A DNA stretch of 63,245 nucleotides, filler included, from Chiloscyllium plagiosum (taxonomy: Eukaryota): assembly GCF_004010195.1 (NCBI RefSeq). It is 4 parts of one record of this genome, joined end to end, with 100 filler letters (N's around TTAATTAATTAA, not from the genome) between each part and the next. Parts side by side here need not be neighbours in the genome. Positions count along the whole stretch, not along the records: positions 1 to 21,390 come from NC_057712.1; 3 more parts are not named here. The stretch is one strand, 5' to 3'. This document shows, one piece after another, positions 1 through 11,559 of the stretch. The notes under the pieces were generated by a model that saw only the letters and a program-made list of their open reading frames with translations, did not search any database and was not told the DNA's origin. A program made the position numbers and the translations under genes. Within the stretch, counting starts at the first letter, position 1; each line of letters begins with the position of its first letter.

Positions 1-163
1 CTTATCTCTCCAAGCTTCAGGCTCTCTGCCTTTATTCCTGATGAAGGGCTTTTGCCCGAAACGTCGATTTTACTGCTCCTCAGATGCTGCCTGAACTGCT
101 GTGCTCTTCCAGCACCACTAATCCAGAATCTGGTTTCCAGCATCTGCAGTCATTGTTTTTACC
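1..163 (+). mobile_element. Penelope-like element (family A) pseudo-LTR 3' end with tail
   Basis: Same terminal sequence (hammerhead, gatgctgcctga, ccagcatctgcagtc tail) as the one attached to GIY-YIG remnants at 29053-29500 and 23687-24835. Confidence 0.85.
38..65 (+). ncRNA. Minimal type-I hammerhead ribozyme motif (PLE family A)
   Basis: CTGATGA-A-GGGC-TTTT-GCCC-GAAA-CG-TC. Intact core, 4-bp stem II, palindromic ACGT stem III, GUC site. Stem I is weak. Confidence 0.75.
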
Positions 164-599
164 TCGAGAACAACCAGGCCGGGAGTTAGGGCCTGTAACT
201 CAGTGAACATGTATATGCAGGTATCAAATGAGGAAATGATCAAGGCTCCACAGTGTTGCCATCCCTTTGGTCAAAGGGGCTTCCTCTTCTCTTGTCTGGT
301 CTCACACAGTATTTGGATAAGGTTCCAAGAAATGAGGAAGAACTGTGTGACTATGTTAAAGTCAACTGAAAGAAAGATTTGCCAGCTCATAGGCAGCAAG
401 CTTCATTCATATAATGTCATTCATAGCCTCTGGAAGTCACATCATCAGAATCAGAGATGTACTATGGCCAGAGGAGGCCATTCAGCCGAATATGTCTGAA
501 TCAGAAAACCAGATTTGCTGCCAGTACTGTAGAAATTATGAGAAAACATGACAATCAATTTGTGTGTAGCAAGATCCCAGAGACAAAAGTATGCAAATA

Positions 600-1235
600 C
601 TGTAGTTAGATGAGATGCAGACTGGATGACCACTTTGCAGAAAACCTGTGTTCTGTCTGTAAAAATTAGCTTCCAATTGCCCGCACTTCAACACACCACC
701 ATGTTCCCTGTCCAATATTTCGGACTCAGGTCTGCTACAGTAATGATCAGCACAAGCTGGAAGATGCTATTCATGTTCAGCTTGAGGGGCTTTGTAGCCT
801 TCAAGTCTAAGTATCCAGTTCAATGATTTTAGAAACTGACCACCTTCTTCTGAGTTCTTTATCCACTCGCACAACCCAGTCTCTGTCTTGACATAAGCTT
901 CTTTCAACATGGCGTAACCAATTTTACCTATTCATGGTCCCCATTATCAGCCTCTTTTTTTCCCTGGCTTACTATTAACCATCCATTTGTTTGCCTACCT
1001 TTTCTTTTCTCTCACTCCCTCTCTGGTTCTTTTCTCACCCATCCATTCACTCATTTTCCACCCCCTCCACTCCTGAACCCCACCAAACCTAATCAAATCT
1101 CTATCTTCAGCATAAATATTAATCTTTCCCAGCTATTTTCAGTCTTGAAGCGTGAGCAGACTCAAAGTGTTGACTCTGATTTTTTCCCACAGATGGCATC
1201 AGATCTGCTGAACTTCTCCAGAAATTTCTGTTTGT
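600..1235 (+). mobile_element. Decayed Penelope-like element (family D): GIY-YIG C-terminus, pyrimidine tract and pLTR
   Basis: Frameshifted translation RCRLDDHFAEN...HFNTPPCSLSNIS.SGLLQ...HKLE. Terminal cagatggcatcagatctgctg...ccagaaatttctgttt. Confidence 0.65.
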
Positions 1236-1254
1236 AATTAATCATGTGTTGTTT

Positions 1255-1500
1255 GACGATTAAATATTGCCTGGGAAACTGCAGAGATCTCACTTATTCT
1301 TCTTTGTCACAGTGTTATGAGATTGGTTTCACTTCCCTGAATGGTCAGACAGGGCTCTGGTTTAGCCTCTCATCTAAAAGACACCGGCTCATTCAGCACT
1401 GCACTGAGAAAGCAGCCTGGATTTTACAGCGGATTCTCAGTGACTGGATGTGAATCAACCACCTTCTGAAGCAAAACTAAGGATACTGCACTCTGATCAA
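1255..1500 (-). mobile_element. DeuSINE (SacSINE1-like), decayed; further copies near 9890-10150(-), 31340-31700(+), 61420-61620(-)
   Basis: cagacagggctctggtttagcctctcatctaaaagac...cagcactgcactg is the reverse complement of the Deu core seen at 32820-32900. Confidence 0.6.
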
Positions 1501-3194
1501 CAGTGAAGTTCATTAGCACAACTAAAAATTATGTACAAATTTATTATCGTCCCCTAGTTTCCCCTTCAAAAGACAGTGTCCAATGTTGAATAATGCCTAA
1601 CAACATTGATCACAAGAAAAATATAAAAATAGAGGATTTGGTCAAGTTGGTCATCAGACCACAATCAAAATCTGAAGATATGGCAGCCCAAAATAGAACA
1701 TCTTTGACCTCAATAACGACACAAGTAGTCATGTCAGAGATTATAACTACGGAAGCAAAGTCACAGTTATTAGCATTTTAAGGAGAATATATTTGAAAAG
1801 ATATACATTTAGTCTAGACAACCTTGTCAGGGAAATAATGACATTATAAGCCATTCTTTTCATACTGGCAGGTGGATAGGTCTGTCTATTCCTTGTTGAA
1901 CATTTATCTCAGTTAAATTGATGAACTCATTACTGTGATATTATTTGATCTGAATATTAAGATGGTGAACAGAATGGGAAGAATGCATATAGAGGTGCTG
2001 ATCTCATGACAGCATAATATATTAATTTTATGAGTTAGCTTTTTGGTTTTCTTTTTCTCCTTAAGCATATTGCGCACCCCCCTACCCCACCCCAATCCAC
2101 AGTTAGCCATGCAAAATAGGCCTTTAAAGAATGGCATTCACAAACAAGATCAGAGACTGACAGAAATTAGATGAAAAATAAATTAGCTATGGTCCCACAG
2201 TGCAGTTGGCACAACACTCAATTCAACAATATGATTCATGCTCTTTTGCCTTGGTGACTAAATTTTGATTAAAAGAACGTGCCTCAAAATCAGCAGGAGC
2301 AACAAATAATGCAGTTAGTTCTCAGTGAGTACACCCATCATTCTGCTTTTACTGCCAGCATGCTGTGTACAACGAGAAAAGCTTACTTTGCAGGAAGCTT
2401 CCCATGTCAGTATATTACTGCTGAACTGGACTGATGAGAACTAATTTGGACCTTGGAGTTATTTTCTGGTAGCTTGTCTCAACAAGTTACCCACCTGTTT
2501 AATCCATTATGGTTCAATATTAGTAGACACTCGAGTGAAAATTATCGAGGCGAGCACGGCTCTTAGATATCTTTTGAAATGAATGATTCAAGATGTTCTT
2601 TTGCATCAGAACATTTTAGAATAAATGAAAGCAGGATCCACAGCAGCTGAACTGGCAAATTTGATTTTATTGTGCAGGCTGAAATGAAGGCTTTCTATCA
2701 GTTTCCCAGGGGTAATGTGGAACTCATTGCAGATCAGCACAAGACATTTACAGAAAACACACCAAGGTCATTCCCAAATGTTGAATTCCAGCAAGGAATA
2801 TAATTTGGGCCTCGGAATAGTTTGGTTGGTCTGAAATTATCTGCCAAATTAATGGTGAGGCTAATGCCTTATATTTAAGAATGCTCCTTATATTTTATGC
2901 ATAAATGATACAGCACCTTCAGTGCAGAGCAAGCGTGCAGCTGAAATCTAAAAGTTGCTGTGGGTAATAGGCCACTCTGTGACTTGCTTTGTGAAAATGG
3001 TTTCTCGCTGTTGAAACACATACTTCGATGCATTGCTCCTTCTACAGTGAATGTGAAAGTAAATTATCCCAAAAGATTAATTCAAGCCATTTCAAAATAC
3101 ACTTTTAATAACCACGCAGCCTCTCTAGCACTGAAAATTAACTTTTACAGATCAAGGTATCACAACATTAGCTATTAATTGCTGTTGGAGACAA

Positions 3195-3795
3195 TTTATT
3201 GGTCAGTGCATTGAATATAGGAGTTGGGAGGTCATGTTGCACCTGTATAGGGCATCGGTTATGACACTATTCAAATGCTACATGCTATAGGAAGGATGTT
3301 CTGAAACTAGAAAGAGTTCAGAAAAGACTTACGAGGATGTTACCAGGATTGAAGAGTATGAGCTATAGGGAAAGGCTGAAAAGACTAGGGCTATTTTCCC
3401 TGGAGTGTTGGAGGTTAAGGGGTGAGCTTATAGAGGTTTATAAAATCATGAGGGGAATGGATAGCGTGAATAGTCAATGTGTTTTCCCTGGGGTAGGGGA
3501 GTCCAATCTAGAGGGCATAGGTTTAGGGTGAAAGGGGAAATACTTAAAAGAGACCTAAAGGGCAAAGTTTTCACACAAAAGGAATGGAAAGAGCTACCAG
3601 AGGAAGTGATAGAGACTGGTACAATTACATTTAAAAGGCACCTGGATGGCTATATGAATAGAAAGGATTTAGAGGGATATGGGCCAAATCCTAGCAAATG
3701 TGACTAGATTTATTTAGGATATTTGGTCAGCATGGACAAGTTGGACCGAAGGATCTGTTTCCATGCTGTATATCTTTATGATTCTATGGTTCTAA
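3195..3795 (+). mobile_element. CR1-clade LINE (HER1-like) 3' fragment
   Basis: ORF2 C-terminus MLPGLKSMSYRERLKRLGLFSLE..RLRGELIEVYKIM plus 3' UTR ending in tatgattctatg repeats. Confidence 0.9.
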
Positions 3796-3994
3796 ATAAA
3801 AGAAATATTTTTTAAAAAGCTTGTGGCTATTTGCAAAGCAAAATACCATTGGCACTAAATGGGCAAAAGCAAGACTAATTTGCAGTGAGTATGCTTTGCT
3901 TATCTCTGATCACAATTGTTATTCTTGGATTCATTGATTATTGGCCACTTATTTAATTGTGAGCACTGCATCCAATGTATGCCTGTCATATTAG

Positions 3995-4385
3995 TTTTAT
4001 TCATTCATGAGATATGGGTGTTACTGGTTAAACTATCTTTGTCCATCTTTAATTGCTCCTTGCTCTGAATGGTTTGAGATAGTCATTTCAGAGGGTATTT
4101 AAGAGTCAACTACATCCTTGTGAGTCTGGAGTCATATGCAATTCATATCAGGAAAGAATGGCAGACTTCCTTTCTTAAAGGGTATTAGTGAAGTGGATAG
4201 TTTTTTTTTCCTGACAACCAACAGAGGTTTTTTGGTCAAGATTAGGCCAGTTTTTAATTCCATTTTATTTTTTTGAATTCAAATTTCACCATCTGCCATG
4301 ACGGAATCCAAACCTGTTTCCAGAACATTAGATTGAAGTTCTGGATTATTAGTCCAGTGACATTCCCGTTATGCCACTGCATCCT
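3995..4385 (-). mobile_element. tRNA-derived SINE with L2-type 3' tail; + strand copy at 50515-51295
   Basis: Reverse complement reads gcagtggcataacggga..tcactggactaataatccag..atggcagatggtgaaatttgaattc and ends catgaatgaataaa. Homologous to 50515-50650 and 51230-51295. Confidence 0.6.
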
Positions 4386-4699
4386 TTATTCAAAGTGTCA
4401 CAATCTAATATTCCTCACCATCCTCCAGCTGAGTATCATTGGTTTTGCTCTCCATATTTTTAAAATCCAGCTTAAATCTCTATCTTTCCTTTACTGCCAT
4501 TATCACTGCCAGTGTCTTTTGCTCTGGACACTTTCACAATCTATCCCATTTCTTCCTTCTCCCTCTCTGACAACAAATAAAAACTAGCAATTTTTGCTCC
4601 AGTACCAAAGAAGAGTCATACTGAATTTGAAAAATTAGATTTGTTTCTCCATGGATGCTGCTAGACTTGCTGAGGTTCTCCAGTATTCTCTGATTTTTA

Positions 4700-5560
4700 T
4701 ATTTAAAGTGGTACAGTGTGCTACATGTTTTATAAATTCTGGGCATACATGTACACAGATCAATGAAGGTAGAGTGAGAAATTATAAATAAAACAGCATT
4801 CTTGGCTTTACTAAGAGAACGGAGACTACAAGAGCAAGGAAGTGTTGTTGAATTAATGCAAAGTACTTGTTAGACCCCAGCTAGAGTACTGTGTACAGTT
4901 CTGGTTACCATGTTACAGGATAGATGTGAATGCAGAAGCAGGAGAAAGTGAGGACTGCAGATGCTGGAGATCAGAGTCAAAAAGTGTGGCGCTGGAAAAG
5001 CACAACAGGTCAGGCAGCATCTGAGGACCCTGAAGAAGGACTTATACCCAAAACATCAAGTTTCCTGCTCCTCAAATGCTGCCTGATCTGCTATGCTTTT
5101 GCAACATCACAGCTTTTGACTCAGAATGCAGAAGCAATTTGCAAGGAGGATTCCAGAAATTTCAGTTATGATAGCAGATTCAAAATGTTGGGACTGTTCT
5201 CCGTGGACAGGAAAAGGCTGAGAGATTTAATAAAGGTTTTCAAAATCATGAATTGGCTAAATAGAGTGAATAGGGAGAAGCTCTTCCCAATTCAAAAAGA
5301 ATAAAGAATGAGAGGGCATAGATTTAAAAAGTGATGTGGAAGAAAAATGGATAATGTGAGAAAAAACACCTTTCTCATTCCTTGAGTAACTAAGATATGG
5401 AATTCACAGCCTGGAAATGTAGTGGAGGCAGGTTCAATTGAGGTGTTTGAGATGGCATTGGATATTCCTTGGCTATAAATGGTGTACAGAGATATAGAGA
5501 AAAGGCAGGAGATTGGCATTAGGTAAAAGAACTGATGCAAGAACAATGGACATAGTTTAT
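4700..5560 (+). mobile_element. Older CR1 LINE 3' fragment hosting a PLE fold-back insertion
   Basis: LVRPQLEYCVQFW and LGLFSVDRKRLRDLIKVFKIM motifs. Confidence 0.8.
4941..5123. mobile_element. PLE family A fold-back mini-element, 13-bp TSD
   Basis: TSD gaatgcagaagca at 4928-4940 and 5124-5136. Inverted arms with a decayed hammerhead (ctgaagaagg..cccaaaacatc) at the junction. Confidence 0.85.
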
Positions 5561-5701
5561 TACATGATAGCAACCAGGTACGAGCTACATTGTATTAATA
5601 ACCATCAGTACAATAACTATAAGGAGAACTGCAATGTAAATCTGTCACCAAGAGGTAGCAGTGGGGCACACAATTACTGTCCTTGGCCCTGAATACTGCT
5701 C

Positions 5702-5799
5702 TGGAAATGTGTTGCTGGAAAAGCGCAGCAGGTCAGGCAGCATCCAGGGAACAGGAGAATCGATGTTTCGGGCATAAGCATCTGCAGACCTCACTTTCT
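5702..5799. mobile_element. PLE family A mini-insertion (minus arm plus inverted tail), ~14-bp TSD
   Basis: TSD cctgaatactgctc at 5688-5701 and 5800-5813. Confidence 0.85.
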
Positions 5800-6764
5800 C
5801 CTGAATACTGCTCACCTACTAGAGACAACACAATCTAATAGAAGAATAACCTTCCAGGAGAATCTGTTGACAACATCATCAATGACCCATTGTCAGAACT
5901 CTGTAATTATGACGATTTACAACCTGACAGAATTATTGTCAGAATATCTGATTCATCTCTTCATATATATCACAATCAAAAGGGGATCTAATATTGGGAA
6001 GAATTATCCAGATAATGGTGGAAGCTGAAATCTGAAAAAGAAAGCCCACAAAATAATGACAGAAACAGAAAGCCAACTTAGCTCAAGAAGCTCATCAGAC
6101 TTTGGCAAGTTTCTTAGGTATAAAAAGACCTAAATATTACATGCTAAGTCAATGCAAAATAACTCTAAATTCTTGGTTCTGCAAGTTACTGTTTCAGTTG
6201 AGGAGTTAACAAATCACATCAATAGAAACAATGTATAGCGTCACCCTGCCAAAGTAACTTTTGTAAAATAGTGACATTGCCAGAAAACCTGTAAGAATCA
6301 AATGCTTCGTTGAACCACAGAATTAATAATGATGATATGCCCAAAGATACTATCACCTTCAGCATGTACCTTTGAACGAAAACTCAGAATACCTTTATTA
6401 GAACAATGTTTATGATAAAAAAAACACCTTTGGAAGAAATGTCTCAACCTTTCGTAGTAATTAAAATCCATCTGAACCAGATATGACAATAATCACACAT
6501 TTTAAACATTTTCCACTAAGTTTCAAATTTGGCACAGTTACTGCAGTATCTGAGCAAATTCCTTGGTTGATGAGAATGTAACTATAGGTTTCTGATGGAG
6601 AACTGCATAATACTGTACATCAAACAAATCATAAAATACAGAGACCAATATGACGCGGAACTGGGAAACTTCATTAGTCTCAAAGCATTGCTTCTGAACC
6701 TAAGAGAAAATATGTACCACTCAAGATTAACTACATCCATGTCATACAATACTTCATGAATATG

Positions 6765-8905
6765 AAGGATTTATACATGTTTAGAAAGGCAAGGACTGAT
6801 TGGGGATAGTCAACATGGCTTTGTGTGTGGGAAGTCGTTTCTCATGAACTTGATTGAATCTTTGAAGAAGTGACGAAGAGGATTGACAAAGGCAGAGCTG
6901 TGCATGTTGTCTATATGGATTTCTAGAAGACGTTCGCAAGTTTCCTCATGGTAGACTGGTCGGCAAGATTAGATCACATGGAAAACAAGGAGAACTAGCC
7001 ATTTTGATACAAAATTGGCTCATAGGTATGAGACAGAAGGCCGTGGTGGAGGGTTGCTTTTTGGACTTGTGACCAGCAGTGTGCTGGAAGGATCAGTGCT
7101 GCGTTCACTGCTTTTTGTCACGTTTATAAATGATTTGGGTGTGAACATAGAAGGTAGATTAGCAAATTTGTAGATGACACCAGAATTAGTGGTGTGGTGG
7201 ATAGAGAAGAAGGTTATATTAGCATGCAATGGGACTTCAATCAGTTGGGCCAATGAACTGAGAAGTGGCTGTTGAAGTTTAATCTAGATAAATTGAGGTG
7301 CTACATTTTGGGATGGCAAATCTGGACAGGATTTATACACTTAACAGGATTTATACACTTGATGGTAATAATCTGGGGAGTGTTGCCGAACCAAGAGACC
7401 TTGGAGTGGAGGTTCATAGTTCCCTAAAAGTAGAGTCACAGGTAGACAGGGTACTGAAGGTAGTGTTTGACATGCTTCGCTTTATTGATCAATGCATTGA
7501 GTATAGGAGTTGGAACGTCGTGGGCGGCACGGTGGCACAGTGGTTAGCACTGCTGCCTCACAGCGCCTGAGACCCGGGTTCAATTCCCGCCTCAGGCGAC
7601 TGACTTTGTGGAGTTTGCACGTTCTCCCCGTGTCTGCGTGGGTTTCCTCCGGGTGCTCTGGTTTCCTCCCACAGTCCAAAGATGTGCAGGTCAGGTGAAT
7701 TGGCCATGCTAAATTGCCCGTAGTGTAATGTAATCTAATCTAATGTCATGTTGCAGTTGTACAGGACATTGTGGAATGCTGTGTTCAATTCTGGTCTCCA
7801 TCCTACAGGAAGGATGCTGTTAAGCTTGAAAGGGTTTCAAAATGATTTATAAGAATATTACCAGGGTCGGAACGTTTGAGCTACAGGGAGAGGCTGAATA
7901 GGCCGGGGACTATTTTCCCTGGAGCATCAGAAGCTGAGGGGTGACCTTACAGAGGTTTATAAATAATGAGGGGCATGGATAGGGTGAATAGTCAAGGTCT
8001 TTTCTCCAGGATAAGTGAGTTCAAAACCAGAAGGCATTGGTTTAAGGTGGGAGGGGTAAGATTTAAAAGAATGCAAGGGTCAACATTTTTACGGGGCAGT
8101 GGTGTGTGCATGGAATGAACTGCCAAAGGAAAGGCATGTTTTGCCGAGCATCTCAGCCAGCCCCACATGGGCCGACCTGACCTCTCAGTCACCGTCCATT
8201 TCAATTCCCTTTCCCATTCCCTCTCTGACATGACTATTCTCAGCTTCCTCCATTGCCACAGTGAATCAGAATGCAAAATGGAGGGACAACACCTTATCTT
8301 CCGCTTGGATAGCCGACAGCCCAGAGGACTCAATATTGAGTTCTCCAATTTCAAATAACCTCCCTTCCTCTCCCCAATCCCCTTTCCAGCCCCTCCTCCA
8401 CCCTTCCTTTCCTCTGATTGACCCTTCCTTCCAGCTACCAACCAGAGTCATCTCTCCCATCGACCAACCAGGCCATACCCTCTACTTGTGTTTACCTATC
8501 ACTATCACACCACTTCATCCCTCTCCCCACCTAAACCCCTCCGCCAAGCCCCTCCCTTTATCTGCAGCTCCTCCTAGGCCCACCTCGAGTCCTGAAGAAG
8601 GGTTACATTCAAAACACTTCCCCACCCCCTGATGTTGCCTGGCATGCTGTGTTCTTCTAGCCTCCTGGTTGTCTATCTTGAATTCCAGCACTGTTAGTTT
8701 TTTTGTTCCTAACAAAAGATGTGGTGAAGCCTGGTACAATCACAACATTAAAAGACATCTGGATGTATATATGAAGAGGAAGGGTTTAGAGCGATATGGG
8801 CCAAATGTTAGCAAATGAGACTAGATTAATTTAGGATATCTGGTCAACATAGATGAGTTGGACCAAAGAGCCTGTTTCTCTGTTGAACATCTCTATGACT
8901 CTAGG
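6765..8905 (+). mobile_element. 5'-truncated CR1/HER1 LINE with nested HE1 SINE (7522-7741) and PLE fragment (~8135-8708)
   Basis: Decayed RT motifs (SQHGFVCGKS, VVYMDF, DDT) through the 3' UTR ctctatgactct. The PLE piece encodes HFNSLSHSLSDMTILSFLHC..EGQHLIFRL. Confidence 0.88.
7522..7741 (+). mobile_element. HE1-type V-SINE (tRNA head with A/B boxes, V domain, taatc tail)
   Basis: GGTGGCACAGTGGTTAGCAC (A box), GGTTCAATTCC (B box), V core tgtggagtttgcacgttctccccgtgtctgcgtgggtttcc. Imperfect TSD aacgtcgtg/aatgtcatg. Confidence 0.92.
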
Positions 8906-9003
8906 ACTAAACAATCAGAGGATACTACTGAATTCACAAGTTTGAATAAATTATTCAATGGTTTCCTACTATGGACATATCTTAGTATGGACATATCTCA
9001 GTA

Positions 9004-9328
9004 GGGTGGCAAGTGGCTCAGTGGTTAGTGCTGCTGCCTCACAGTACCAGGGACACAGGTTTGATATCAGACTTGAGTAACTGTGTGGAGTTTGCACATT
9101 TTCCCTGTGTCTGCGTGGGTTTCCTCCGGGTACTCAGGTTTCATCCTACAATCCATAGATGTGCAAGTCAGGTGAATTGGCCATGCTAAATTGCTCATAG
9201 TGTTAGGTCCATTAGTCAGGGGTAAATATAGGGTAGGGGAATGTGTATGGGTGGATTACTCTTTGGACGGTCCATGTGGACATATGCTGAAGGGTCTGTT
9301 TCCACACTGTAGGGAATCTAATCTAATC
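9004..9328 (+). mobile_element. HE1-type V-SINE, full length
   Basis: A/B boxes, V domain and LINE-like tail gaagggtctgtttccacactgtagggaatctaatc. Confidence 0.9.
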
Positions 9329-9635
9329 ATCTTCAAAACTTGCTCATCCAAGTGGCACAACACCACAAATACCAAAGGTTTGTTGTGGATTTTCTAAAGT
9401 GTCAACTCTGATTTCTGTTCACAGATGCTGCTAAACCTGATGGGTTGTTCCAGAAACTTCTGCGTTTGTTTCTGATTTACAGCATCCACGGTTCGTTCAG
9501 TTTTTAAAAAATATAAAAGGCTGTGGTCTGAGAGGAAATAATGTATATTTACCTGTTGATCCTGATGTCTCACAAGAGACTGTTGTGTATCCCAGATGTA
9601 ATGTAACTGGCTGTTAAGTGATATACAATAAATCA

Positions 9636-9890
9636 GCACTGTGGCTCAATGGTTGGTGGCATGGTGGCTCAATGGTTAGCACTACTGTTTCAAACTGCCA
9701 GGCACCTTGTCTCAATTCCAGCCTCGGGAGGATATCTATGCAGAGTTTTCACATTATCCATGTGTCTGCATGAGTCCAAAGACATGTAGGCTAGGTGGAT
9801 TAGCTATGGTAAATTGTGGCTAAGTGTCCGGAGATATGTAGGCTAGCTAGATTAGCCATGGGAAATGCTGGGTTCTCGGGATAAAGTAGC
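9636..9890 (+). mobile_element. Diverged V-SINE with duplicated 5' head
   Basis: gtggctcaatggtt occurs twice before agcactactg; decayed V domain. Confidence 0.7.
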
Positions 9891-10486
9891 GATGTGCTGA
9901 AACACAACAAGCCGCTGCAAGATCCCATAAACCATAAGAAGTTAAAGAGAAAATAATATGTTGATTGACGGATATCTCACGATCTGCTTCAAAATGCATC
10001 ACAGAATTTTGATGATCTTTCTGAATCAGACAGATGGAATTACAGTTCGAATGCACTATGAACTCCCTCACAATATAATGAAGTGTCAGCTTAAATTATG
10101 TACGCTAGTTTCAAAAGTGGGTCACTTTTATGACCTGACAGGCGATATCCAATGTCTTGATATGGAAAGAAAAGCCCGAATATAATGAGTGCTTTTTGAA
10201 AGCCTGCTCCTCTTCTACCTAATTGCATTCTCATGCAAGTGTTTCTCTTTCAGTCTCTGCACATAGGCTGCTCCTTGGTGATTATGCAATTTGCTTTTTA
10301 GTCATTGGTTAGAGCGAGCAAGTTCCAAGTCTGCATTAACTGGAATGGGTGATGAATCCTTGTGCCAATGGTGTTCATCTGCTCCATGCACCAGCTAACT
10401 GAGAACACATCCAAGCTTAATCAAGCCTAATCCAATTTAATTTCCAAGGCAAAAACTCAATTTAGTACTATTAAATCACTGGGAAT

Positions 10487-11168
10487 TGTAAAGACTATGG
10501 GAGGGAATTAAGACCTGACCTCACAGTTTTCAAGCTTAAAATTCCATAGACTATGATTTAGTCAAACTTCATTTGTACCGTTGGGTTGATTTAAGAGATA
10601 GCTTTAAGAGATGTATTTTGTCCTTTATTTAAGAAAGATTTTGAGCCATAGGTATTAAGCTGCCTTTTCCAAACTAATAAACAGCTTGAGAGGCTTTTTT
10701 AAAACAAAATTAGAACAATAAAAGCAACATGAATGAATGGAGTCAGACTCCCATAGAACCAGGCTTTTCGTTTAGCTTTCAGCAGCTGTTAGGGTTTTGA
10801 AGTTGGTTGTGGAAGCAGCTATACATCTCTCTTGGTTACAGCTAGAAGCTTCTCCTCTACTGCCAGAATCACGTGAGACAGTCTGTTTTATTGACTTTGC
10901 CTTTGCCGAGCGTGTGTCAATGAGATGTTACTATATTGGAACAATTGCTGTTTAGTAGTTACATAATCTATATTTCTGTTAAATTTTCCAGGAGAGTTAA
11001 ACTTATACCAATTTTCATTTTTAAAAATATTTTAATTGCAGGGTAAGAATAAAGTGCGTTTTTTTTTAAAGCCAAATAATGTAAGCAATCAATTTACATC
11101 TGAAACACTAAGTTAGGGTTTTGGGTATTTCCTTAATATATTTGAAAGGGGTTTTGCTCGTCATAACA
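10487..11168 (+). mobile_element. Probable solo LTR (~680 bp)
   Basis: Termini TGTAAAGAC...GTCATAACA (TG..CA, 7/9 inverted match), AATAAA at ~11048, no ORF. No clean TSD. Confidence 0.45.
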
Positions 11169-11355
11169 ATGGAAGATGTGATAGTTTGCAAGCACTAGTC
11201 AGTCCCACTGACAATTAGAGAACTTTATTTCTTTAACATCTAGATTTCTATTTTAAGGTTCACAGTATGCTTTTCTGTAAAAACTCACTAATGGTTTTAA
11301 GTGTGTTTAACATTGACACATATCATTTATATGCCATGACTGGACTATGTGTTTG

Positions 11356-11559
11356 GTAAAAACAAGGACTGCCGATGCTGGAAACCAGATTCTAGATTAG
11401 AGTGAGGCTGGAAAAGCACAGCAGTTCAGGCAGCACCCGAGGAGCAGGAAAATCGATGTTTCGGGCAAATTCCTGATGAAGGGCTTTTGCCCGAAACATC
11501 AGTTTTCCTGCTTCTCGGATGCTGCCTGAACTGCTGTGCTTTTCCAGCACCACTCTAAT
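11356..11559. mobile_element. PLE family A fold-back mini-element with central hammerhead, 16-bp TSD
   Basis: TSD ctggactatgt(g/a)tttg at 11340-11355 and 11560-11575. ~75-bp inverted arms. CTGATGA-A-GGGC-TTTT-GCCC-GAAACATC at 11473-11500. Confidence 0.9.

Noticed and set aside
203..3178. Short ORFs of 60-125 aa in unique regions across the window
   Set aside because: No recognisable domains or exon structure; lengths are consistent with chance.
7323..7360. Short tandem duplications (acaggatttatacactt x2; also 8970-9003)
   Set aside because: Ordinary slippage or repair duplications.
7522..7595. tRNA-like sequences with A/B boxes
   Set aside because: They are SINE heads continuing into V domains, not tRNA genes.
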